From IMG/VR virus record IMGVR_UViG_3300037484_000194, positions 1 to 24,524 of that record: DNA of 24,524 bases; one strand, given 5' to 3'. The position numbers were made by a program, and so were the translations under genes. Every line of letters starts with the position of its first letter. Positions within the stretch are counted from its first letter, which is position 1. Origin of the DNA: a virus. Taxonomy: Duplodnaviria; Caudoviricetes. Of the stretch, positions 16,125 to 23,895 are shown one piece after another. The notes beneath the pieces are model-generated. The model had not been told where the DNA came from. It saw only the letters and a program-made list of their open reading frames with translations, and did no database searches.

Positions 16125-18964
16125 TGAAAAGACTACTTAGCATCGCTCTTCTTTTGATTGGCGGGTTTGTTCGAGCTGAGACCGGCGCCGTCATCGGTCC
16201 TTTTTCAGGACTCAATGACACCGATAACTCGCTCATTATCGGTCAAAACCAGGCCCAAGATCTTCTGAATGTCGAGATATCGCCTGGAGGTAAATCTGTG
16301 TTGAAGCGTCGCGGTTTCGGGCAAGCGTTCGCTACAGATATAACGACATCGCCGATTCATGGAACCTACTCTTTTTACGATGCCACAGGGAATGAGGTTG
16401 CGCTTGCTTTCAATGATTCGCGTTTGACGGCATCGGTCAACGGGGCAACACCTACGACATTATTCTCGACTGGAACGGTGGCCGCAACTTGGCAATGCAC
16501 CGATTCCCTGGGTTATGCCTATTGCGCCTCATCCGCACGGGAACCTGTTATTAAGACGAATGGTGCTACCTATTCCCAATTCCCCATGACTAGCACCGGG
16601 ACGATGGTCACAGCGACAACGCAGCGATTAGCAACGGCAGGATTCTCGGGAACGCCTTCACAGATAAACCTTTCAAAAGCGAATGATTTTGCTACTTGGG
16701 CGACAGGGCCGCTGGCAACGGATGCCTACACCGAGACAATTAGTGCCCCAGGCAGCCGGATTACGCACATCACCCATGCGTGCGGGAATCTTGTTTGGTT
16801 CAAGAATGCATCGTTTGGGATGTTGATCAATCCAGACGACCAATTTAACGCTCAGAACGTTACTGTATCTCCGACGATTGGGACTTTAGACAATTCATCT
16901 GTTTACTACAACGGAATTCTCCATTTTAGATCACAAGACGGACACTTTTACGATTTTGACTGCGCGAGCCTGCAAAAAATGTCAAGTGACATTGAAAATA
17001 CTGTTGGGGCTTCTGGGAATCGTATCGCAAATTCGTGGACGGAAACAGCGCAGACGGATTGGGACTCTGGCGCGTTCTATCCCGAAGGGAACTTCAGCAC
17101 AACGATAAGTGACGGAGATATTATTCTAAGTAGCTTTACGAATACCGACACATCTGGATCAGATTTTGATCAAGGATATTTTTCAGGTATCGATTCAACG
17201 ACTTATGCGGGGTCATTGGCTCTTAAACGCTATATCTCATCTGACACATTCTCTAATCTGAATAATTGGAGTCAGGTAAACGGAACCATGATTGCGTCGT
17301 CCGGATACGCTGAAATGACAGATGGAGAGGAGGTATACAAGGGAGCATCCATCACGTCAATTAAAGGCGATATAACAATTGCGTTTGATATTCGATCAAC
17401 AGGGGCATCAGCATCCGGAGAAGATTTTCAAGTGTTATTGGCTACAAGTACAGATCCAGGAGAATTAGATGGATACATTGTTGCATTGAATGCTGTCCAA
17501 GCATCAAATATATACGATCTTTATTTGACAACAACATCTGTATATGGAGGTCAATTTGATTCTGATTGCGTGTCTTCATGTGGACTTTCCGTATTTGCTG
17601 GTGGTCCACCTCTATATATATCAAGCTCAACTCTGGGGTCTTTCAATTCTTCATACCATACGATTAAATTTACAAGGAACAATACTACGGGGGATATGAC
17701 GGTATCGTGGGATGGTGTCAATAAGTTGACAGCAACAAATACCGCATTTGACACATTTAAAAACATCTACATCGCGGGTAATTTTGCCTCTGGTGTTACT
17801 CGTTTTCGGATAGACAACTTCTATGCTATTTCGAATAAAGGGAATTATACTTCCGACATATTTGATTTGAATATGTCTAGTTCTATTATTTACGGATCGT
17901 TTGACTGGACAATTGATATATCAACCCCGGAGTTCGGGATACTTACTGCAAGCAACTCGACTACGGGACCTTGGACGCAGATAGCCACAAGTTCTGGGTC
18001 TAATTCGACATCTCAACGCTATATAAAATATACAACGACAATAACAGCAATAGCGGCTGATACATTTAATACGAAAATAAACGATATCGTTTTGGTCGCA
18101 AAATCAACAGGGGGGGTATTTTACTCGGCTGTAAACAACGCACCGAACCTGAGCGAGTGGGATGTATTCACGAACAATGAACAAACCGACGGCGGAACGA
18201 TTGAGTTCTATATTCGATCGGACACGAACACCATAGCGGTTTGGCAATCTACGCCATCTTGGGTGTCACAGCAAAAAAACTCGATCATTGTGGCGTCAAC
18301 TGGTACATATTTCCAGGTTCGGGCTGACTTCTCTACAGTTTACGCAACAAATACTCTTGCTCTAAATGATTTAACCTTAAATTGGTTCGAAGGAACCGCG
18401 TCGGACAAGATTTACGGGACTTATTTCGATAACGCGATATGGTGGGCCGTCCAAAAGGGCGAGGGAGCTACTGCGAATAATGCCATCCTTCGCTATGAAC
18501 TTGAAAATCAAGGATGGACCATATTTGATATCCCGGCGAATGGGTTTTATTTGCGCGGTGACGACCTTTACTTCGGATCTTCAACCTCTGGCTATGTTTA
18601 CAAATTCGGAGACTCCGACTCAGACAATGGATCGGCCATAAATTCCTACTGGAAATCCAAGGATTTCTTCGGAAACGATCCATTCACCGAAAACGAGTAT
18701 CGCAAGATGAGCGTGTCGGCCAAGATGGTAGCCGATTCGAGCATGACGGTCACTTATACGACCAACGGATCATCGTCAACGTCTTACACTGTTCCCCTTT
18801 ATAGCGCAACGTCCAATTTCATTAAAAACAATCGAAATCTTCCGGCCGGCCGGACTGGGTCATATCTTAACGTCCAGATCGGGAACAACGCAGCGGAACA
18901 GCCGTGGGAAGTTTTCGGGATCGGCTATACATACGAGCCGAAACCCTGGCGTCCGGGGAACTAA
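16124..18964 (+). CDS. Tail nozzle / head-stabilisation protein (P22 gp10 / tubular B-like) with an N-terminal signal peptide and a large inserted beta region
   Basis: ATG 16124 in a TAATG overlap. FSGLN...DLLNV...G..LKRRG at the N-terminus and DNGSAINSYWKSKDF near the C-terminus fit this family, as does the position. Begins MKRLLSIALLLIGGFVRA. Confidence 0.72.
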   Translation: MKRLLSIALLLIGGFVRAETGAVIGPFSGLNDTDNSLIIGQNQAQDLLNVEISPGGKSVLKRRGFGQAFATDITTSPIHGTYSFYDATGNEVALAFNDSRLTASVNGATPTTLFSTGTVAATWQCTDSLGYAYCASSAREPVIKTNGATYSQFPMTSTGTMVTATTQRLATAGFSGTPSQINLSKANDFATWATGPLATDAYTETISAPGSRITHITHACGNLVWFKNASFGMLINPDDQFNAQNVTVSPTIGTLDNSSVYYNGILHFRSQDGHFYDFDCASLQKMSSDIENTVGASGNRIANSWTETAQTDWDSGAFYPEGNFSTTISDGDIILSSFTNTDTSGSDFDQGYFSGIDSTTYAGSLALKRYISSDTFSNLNNWSQVNGTMIASSGYAEMTDGEEVYKGASITSIKGDITIAFDIRSTGASASGEDFQVLLATSTDPGELDGYIVALNAVQASNIYDLYLTTTSVYGGQFDSDCVSSCGLSVFAGGPPLYISSSTLGSFNSSYHTIKFTRNNTTGDMTVSWDGVNKLTATNTAFDTFKNIYIAGNFASGVTRFRIDNFYAISNKGNYTSDIFDLNMSSSIIYGSFDWTIDISTPEFGILTASNSTTGPWTQIATSSGSNSTSQRYIKYTTTITAIAADTFNTKINDIVLVAKSTGGVFYSAVNNAPNLSEWDVFTNNEQTDGGTIEFYIRSDTNTIAVWQSTPSWVSQQKNSIIVASTGTYFQVRADFSTVYATNTLALNDLTLNWFEGTASDKIYGTYFDNAIWWAVQKGEGATANNAILRYELENQGWTIFDIPANGFYLRGDDLYFGSSTSGYVYKFGDSDSDNGSAINSYWKSKDFFGNDPFTENEYRKMSVSAKMVADSSMTVTYTTNGSSSTSYTVPLYSATSNFIKNNRNLPAGRTGSYLNVQIGNNAAEQPWEVFGIGYTYEPKPWRPGN

Positions 18965-18973
18965 GGAGAGTTT

Positions 18974-19879
18974 ATGGCATTAACAGCGGAGCAGCGTAAA
19001 GGTTACGGTGACGAATATATTAAGCAGGCATTTCAGAAGTTCTTCAAGCGCGATCCAACTGCTACTGAGATCGCCATGGTCTTCCCGACGCTTGGGAACG
19101 ACCCCAATGTCCATGATATTCCAGGCATGGAGTCATACGTTGCCTCGCTTTACCAGGCACAGAAGGGGCCGGAAGATGAGCGGGCTAAATTAGACGAGAA
19201 GATCCCGCAATACAGCGGTGACATTCAATCTATTTTCAGTGATTTAGTGAAGCGCGGGGCTTCGGCTGATGAAATCCAGCATTTCGGTAGAGAGATGGCC
19301 GCGGGGAACCTCGATGCTTACACGCTCCGCCAGTTTGTGCAGTCGATGCCAGAATATCAGACCTCTCAGGATAAGTCATTCCGCGAGGGTCTATCTGGGG
19401 AGCTTCAAGGCTATGACAAGAAGTTTTTCGACACTGGGAAAGAGGACATCATTTCACGATATGCCTCTATGGGACGCCAAGGATCCTCGGCTCTCGATTA
19501 CGCCTTGACTGACATGCTAGGGAAAATTGCCGACAAGCGCGGGGAATGGCTGGCGAATCTGTCGGCCACACAATATGGCGGAAACAAGGAAAATGCCAGA
19601 TCTGATTATGAGGCGAGCGTTAATAGGATGATAGGGGATGAGGCGTACAGTCGGGCGCAAAAGGATGCCTTGATGCAACGCGGATGGAACATTCAGGACT
19701 ACAACACGCAATCAAGCGACTATGACCGATGGATGGCAAGTCAAAAAAGAAATCCAGGGATGGGAGCCGCTTCCGGGGCACTGGCCGGCGGATCAGCGAT
19801 GGCCGCTACTGGAAATCCTTGGGCTATTGGAGCCGGAGCACTCGGCGGTGGTCTATTTGGATACTACGGATCGAGGTAA
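18974..19879 (+). CDS. Internal virion / DNA ejection protein 1 (putative), with DUF4214-like helices and a C-terminal glycine zipper
   Basis: AAGGAG RBS; position after the nozzle; hydrophobic GMGAASGALAGGSAMAATGNPWAIGAGALGGGLFG tail. Confidence 0.6.
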   Translation: MALTAEQRKGYGDEYIKQAFQKFFKRDPTATEIAMVFPTLGNDPNVHDIPGMESYVASLYQAQKGPEDERAKLDEKIPQYSGDIQSIFSDLVKRGASADEIQHFGREMAAGNLDAYTLRQFVQSMPEYQTSQDKSFREGLSGELQGYDKKFFDTGKEDIISRYASMGRQGSSALDYALTDMLGKIADKRGEWLANLSATQYGGNKENARSDYEASVNRMIGDEAYSRAQKDALMQRGWNIQDYNTQSSDYDRWMASQKRNPGMGAASGALAGGSAMAATGNPWAIGAGALGGGLFGYYGSR

Positions 19880-19884
19880 ATAAC

Positions 19885-21114
19885 ATGGCACTAAACTTTC
19901 AACCCTACCCTTACAATCCACCTCCGCGAGATTACAGTGATATCACAACGCCGATCTTTCAAGCTGGAAATATGATTCAGAACGCTATTCAGGAACAGCG
20001 TCGAAATAAATACCAGGAAACCTTGGATGAACTTGCCAGAAATAGGGACGTGAGAGAAGCTCAGGAACAACTCTGGAAAGGCCGTCAGATGGACACTGAA
20101 TACGGCGTCCGAGCCCCTTCCGAGGCAGTTAATCCTATCTCCGGGCCTATGACCTGGGATCAAAGCCTACGATCGACATTATCGCCAACGAGTCCAGCGG
20201 CTCAACCAGCCAATCAGCCTGCCGGCGGTATGGTATCACGGTTTCGCCAATGGCAAGACCAGAACAGGGCGGGGCCTCGCGCTCAGCCGATGGGGATGCC
20301 ACAGGCGGAGGTCGGATACAACGAGTTCCTTCCGCAGGTTACCGGCTATACGCCGGAGATGGTGCGATCCATGGGCGGGAGTGGGTATTCGACGCTTGGG
20401 ACGAAGCGTATGGGCGAAATGAAAACCCTCTTCGGCCAGAAAGAAACAGACCCCAATTCTCTCGATGCGCTTTTAGCGCAGCGGGTCCGATCCGGCCAGA
20501 TGACTCTGGAACAGGCGTTTGAGCTTAAGAAGAATAGTCAGATTCCTAGTTTCCAGCTCGCTGGGACACAAGAGGGGCAACCCGTATTTTTTAATCCAAA
20601 AACGACAGAAATGATGGCTGGAAGATTTCCCGGCAAAGGTCCACTTATGTCAACTACACAGTCGGAAGGACAAGCCAATGCGGGATTGTTTGCTTCGAGA
20701 ATGGAGGAGGCAAACAAACAGCTAGAAAATATTTCTTCGCAAGTTGATCTTACTTCTGCAAGTTCGGGAGCAATGGGGAAAGCACCAAACTTTGCTAAGT
20801 CAAAAGAAATACAGATGTTTGAGCAGTCAAAAAGGAACTTCATTAACGCTGTTCTGAGAAGGGAATCCGGCGCGGTCATATCACCAACTGAATTTGAAGA
20901 AGGAAATAAACAATATTTCCCTGTCTTTGGCGATTCTAATGAAGTCGTACAGCAGAAGGCCCTGAACAGAAAGACGGCGTTGGCAGGTCTTAGAAATGCA
21001 GCGGGTTTTCCGCAGAGAGATGATTCTAATAGTAGTCAGAGCACCTCTTCCGAAATGAAAGTGATCAATGGCAGGCGTTACGTCAAACAGAATGGGCAAT
21101 GGTACGAACAATGA
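19885..21114 (+). CDS. Internal virion / DNA ejection protein 2 (putative)
   Basis: Start reassigned to ATG 19885 (GAGGT RBS); Gln/Pro-rich and Cys-free; C-terminal FINAVLRRESGAVIS..E...YFP..GDS motif typical of podophage ejection-region proteins. Confidence 0.6.
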   Translation: MALNFQPYPYNPPPRDYSDITTPIFQAGNMIQNAIQEQRRNKYQETLDELARNRDVREAQEQLWKGRQMDTEYGVRAPSEAVNPISGPMTWDQSLRSTLSPTSPAAQPANQPAGGMVSRFRQWQDQNRAGPRAQPMGMPQAEVGYNEFLPQVTGYTPEMVRSMGGSGYSTLGTKRMGEMKTLFGQKETDPNSLDALLAQRVRSGQMTLEQAFELKKNSQIPSFQLAGTQEGQPVFFNPKTTEMMAGRFPGKGPLMSTTQSEGQANAGLFASRMEEANKQLENISSQVDLTSASSGAMGKAPNFAKSKEIQMFEQSKRNFINAVLRRESGAVISPTEFEEGNKQYFPVFGDSNEVVQQKALNRKTALAGLRNAAGFPQRDDSNSSQSTSSEMKVINGRRYVKQNGQWYEQ

Positions 21115-22391
21115 AACTTGTAACCGATCCTGAATTGCTTAAACAGCTTGAGGCCACGTCCGGTGGTCCCGGAACGCCTGTAACTGATCCAGAGCTTTTG
21201 AAACAGCTTGAGGGCAGGGATCAGGGCGCTCCATTGGGATTTGGAAGACCTCAGGACTTGGTCTCCAAAATCTACACGCCATTGATACAAGGTGCGGCCA
21301 TGACGGCGGGAGGGGCAGCTGGTGCGGTTATGGGGGCTCCTGCTGGTCCCGTAGGTTCCGGTTTGGCTGGCGTTGGACTGGCGGCGGCTATGAATCCCCC
21401 CGCTAAACGCTTCGCCGCTTCCATTGACCAGATGCGCGGTATAGCCAATCCGCTCAATCAGCCTAAGCCACTTTTGCGACAGGCTCAGGATGTGGCGGGA
21501 GATTTTAGGGAAGGTGTTGGGATTGAGGCGGGTGGTAAGGTTTTAAACGAGGCTGCTCCTTTGGTCAAGCCTCTGTTTAGAGGAGCGGCTAAGAAGATGT
21601 CGAATGTCGGATCAGTTATATCGGGTGCTAAACCTCAAGACCTTATGCAAGCCTACGATCAGGGATTAGCGACCTATGCAGCTCCTGGCATGGCGAAGGC
21701 GGGACGACTATTTGATGATGCGGCAAAAGCGGCAGGCATAAATCCGAAACCTACGCTTGACGCCGCTTTAGATCCAGCTCTTTCGACTGCTAAACAGGTT
21801 GCTCTTGAAGCAGGCAAGAAGATGGAATCGGGAGCGGCTTTGAATGCTCAGGAAGCACTCTATGCACGTCAGGCGACTGACAGGATCATCGCAGGGACCG
21901 CACCAAAGGATAAAGCAACGCTTCATTATCTTTCCGAATTGCGCGGGCAATTTGATAGCGCACTCACAACTGCATCGCCGGCCATGAAGGAAGCTTCCAA
22001 TCAGTACCGAAAATCCATTGTTAAAAGGAATTTACTGAGTCCTGTCCCGGTCAATAAGGGAGGGACGCCAAATAAATTGACGTCGATATTGTTTGGCCTA
22101 GGCGGATTGCTCGGCGGTGGGACTGAGAGAAGTCTGGCTGTCCCTCTTAAAGCCGCTGGTGCGTTGGTTGCCATGTCACCACTTGTTCAAGGTTTCGGCG
22201 CATCGGCAAGCGGTAGTGCAGTAAAAACAGCTGGAAGAATTTTGAAAAGTTCAGTTGGATCTCGAACAATTTCATCTGCTATATCGGACAAAATCCTAAC
22301 TGAATCCAAGGCGAGGGAATACCTCAAGAAATCTGGAGGAGATAGATCGAAGGCTAGGGAAATGGCAAAAAATGACGGGTGGAGTTTTTAA
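21111..22391 (+). CDS. Internal virion / DNA ejection protein 3 (putative)
   Basis: ATGA overlap; Ala/Gly-rich and Cys-free, with two glycine-zipper hydrophobic segments; third large gene after the nozzle, as in the P22 gp7/gp20/gp16 layout. Confidence 0.6.
   Translation: MKLVTDPELLKQLEATSGGPGTPVTDPELLKQLEGRDQGAPLGFGRPQDLVSKIYTPLIQGAAMTAGGAAGAVMGAPAGPVGSGLAGVGLAAAMNPPAKRFAASIDQMRGIANPLNQPKPLLRQAQDVAGDFREGVGIEAGGKVLNEAAPLVKPLFRGAAKKMSNVGSVISGAKPQDLMQAYDQGLATYAAPGMAKAGRLFDDAAKAAGINPKPTLDAALDPALSTAKQVALEAGKKMESGAALNAQEALYARQATDRIIAGTAPKDKATLHYLSELRGQFDSALTTASPAMKEASNQYRKSIVKRNLLSPVPVNKGGTPNKLTSILFGLGGLLGGGTERSLAVPLKAAGALVAMSPLVQGFGASASGSAVKTAGRILKSSVGSRTISSAISDKILTESKAREYLKKSGGDRSKAREMAKNDGWSF
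21120..21213 (+). repeat. Direct repeat encoding VTDPELLKQLE twice
   Basis: gtaaccgatcctgaattgcttaaacagcttgagg (21120) and gtaactgatccagagcttttgaaacagcttgagg (21180); identical peptide with synonymous differences. Confidence 0.9.
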
Positions 22392-22468
22392 CTTGAGAGA
22401 TGATCGCTGATGCCAACAAGTATATGGATGAGAATCAGGAAGAGAATTAAACCCGTCGAGACTTCCAT
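22388..22468 (-). CDS. Putative 26 aa hydrophobic peptide (MEVSTGLILFLILIHILVGISDHLSS)
   Basis: AGGA upstream of ATG; overlaps the end of the preceding minus-strand gene; its stop overlaps the stop of the convergent + strand gene. Confidence 0.4.
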   Translation of the reverse strand: MEVSTGLILFLILIHILVGISDHLSS

Positions 22469-22617
22469 ATTTTCCTGTAGAGGAAGAGCATGACTATGGT
22501 CAAAATGATCCATCCTTGCCAATTATCTCCCATGCACCACCACATGAAAAATGGCATCGCTATCATCACTGACAAAATTTGCCATTTCTTCAATACGATT
22601 TTAGGGGTTATTTTCAC
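22447..22617 (-). CDS. Small two-TM membrane protein, 56 aa
   Basis: GTG start 8 nt after the upstream stop; MKITPKIVLKKWQILSVMIAMPFFMWWCMGDNWQGWIILTIVMLFLYRKIWKSRRV, with basic ends flanking two hydrophobic helices. Confidence 0.6.
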   Translation of the reverse strand: MKITPKIVLKKWQILSVMIAMPFFMWWCMGDNWQGWIILTIVMLFLYRKIWKSRRV

Positions 22618-22625
22618 TTCTTCTT

Positions 22626-22937
22626 TTACCGCCCGTAATAGTTGTAACTCGGTGCATCGTTATTCGTGTTCGAGTCATTGTATCGCCCAGGATTCGGCGT
22701 GTTCCAGTTCGATGGCGGATTCTCACGCGGGGCATTGTACTGAGGTTGAGAAGGTTTATAGTCGTAGTTGTCCCACTTATTCGCATTCGGAGCAGATCGA
22801 TAATGAGGTTCAACATACGTCCCATCGTTTTTTTGATATCCACCCACATACACATCACTTCCACTTTGCCTATTGCGTGCGGCAAATGACGGAACTGACA
22901 ATATCCCGATGGCAAGAACTGCGTAGACGATTTTCAT
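22626..22937 (-). CDS. Small secreted protein with a VxGYxKxDGTYVxPHYRSAPN motif
   Basis: AAGGGG RBS; signal peptide MKIVYAVLAIGILSVPSFA; recognisable basic beta-hairpin motif; Asn/Pro/Tyr-rich tail. Confidence 0.85.
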   Translation of the reverse strand: MKIVYAVLAIGILSVPSFAARNRQSGSDVYVGGYQKNDGTYVEPHYRSAPNANKWDNYDYKPSQPQYNAPRENPPSNWNTPNPGRYNDSNTNNDAPSYNYYGR

Positions 22938-23008
22938 TTTATTTCCCCTTTTTAGGTGTAAACGGAAAGCGTAACGACATAAAGAGTCTTTTCATCCCCA
23001 ACTCCTTC

Positions 23009-23323
23009 ATGAGATTTTACCCCCTCATATCGATCATGTCCATAGGTCTTATGGCTATTCCATCCGTGGCAGAAGGACCCCGCTTCCGTCATAAGGACCC
23101 ATTGATTCAACAGGAGTTAGTTAATTCCTACTCGGATTTACGCGCTATTTCGAATAGAGCCTTAGAGACTAGAACTAAGGCCCAGATCCAAACCACAATC
23201 CCATATCGGGTTGGATTAACTTATTTCTGTACGGATTGCACGACAGATGCCGTGTGCGTGAGCACCGGAGTTGGTACCGGAGACTTTTCAAGACTCAGTG
23301 CGAGGACAACAGCATGCCAATAA
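23009..23323 (+). CDS. Small protein with a signal-peptide-like N-terminus and four Cys, 104 aa
   Basis: MRFYPLISIMSIGLMAIPSVA-EGP...FCTDCTTDAVCVSTG...ACQ; 3' part of track ORF 22490-23323. No clear SD, so the start is uncertain. Confidence 0.6.
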   Translation: MRFYPLISIMSIGLMAIPSVAEGPRFRHKDPLIQQELVNSYSDLRAISNRALETRTKAQIQTTIPYRVGLTYFCTDCTTDAVCVSTGVGTGDFSRLSARTTACQ

Positions 23324-23895
23324 CAGCGAAGAAGGATATTTTTGACACTATCGATCTGAAGATACTCAAGGATTACACTGAACCTCCAAAAGTTTCTCTC
23401 TCTTTATCTAGCGAGGTCCGAGATGTGATTAAAGCGGAGATCGATGCGCTTCTCAAACAGGCGCTAGCGGAATTGATTAAAGGGATCAAGCCTCACACGA
23501 TTGAGACAAAAACGATTGAAAAGGTAATCGAGAAAAGCATCCCGACGCCTCAAAAGATCATCATCAAGGACCGTTTAGACGATATCGAGTTACAGAAGAA
23601 GATTGACGCAAAAATTAAGAAGTCCATGGATGAATCTGGTCCTTTATTCATCCCGGCTCCCCCGATCATTCCAAGTACATCAAGCCAAGATGGTAAATTC
23701 TTGTCGAATCGCGCCGGCCAATTGATATGGGATACCGTAACAGCCACGGGGGGAGGGTCCTCCCCTGACGCTTACACGCCAACGAACGTTACGACCCGCA
23801 CAAGTTTTGATGCTGACGATACATCGCTCGATGAAATAGCAGACGCGCTCGGATCGTTGATCGCCTCACTCCAGGGAGCTGGAATAATCCAATGA
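23314..23895 (+). CDS. Fibre-associated protein (putative; head-fibre-like C-terminal helix)
   Basis: GAGGA RBS before ATG 23314; ends DEIADALGSLIASLQGAGII, a pattern seen at the end of phage fibre proteins; DGKFL...G.L.W linker. Confidence 0.55.
   Translation: MPITAKKDIFDTIDLKILKDYTEPPKVSLSLSSEVRDVIKAEIDALLKQALAELIKGIKPHTIETKTIEKVIEKSIPTPQKIIIKDRLDDIELQKKIDAKIKKSMDESGPLFIPAPPIIPSTSSQDGKFLSNRAGQLIWDTVTATGGGSSPDAYTPTNVTTRTSFDADDTSLDEIADALGSLIASLQGAGIIQ

Noticed and set aside
2258-21950. Numerous 60-170 aa alternative-frame and antisense ORFs within the large genes
   Set aside because: They lie within well-supported genes, have no recognisable motifs, and are expected by chance at this GC content.
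22490-23008. N-terminal 173 codons of track ORF 22490-23323, and minus ORF 22601-22915
   Set aside because: They overlap the minus-strand secreted-protein and membrane genes and have implausible His/Ser/Cys- or Arg/Thr-rich composition. Only the part from ATG 23009 looks like a real protein.
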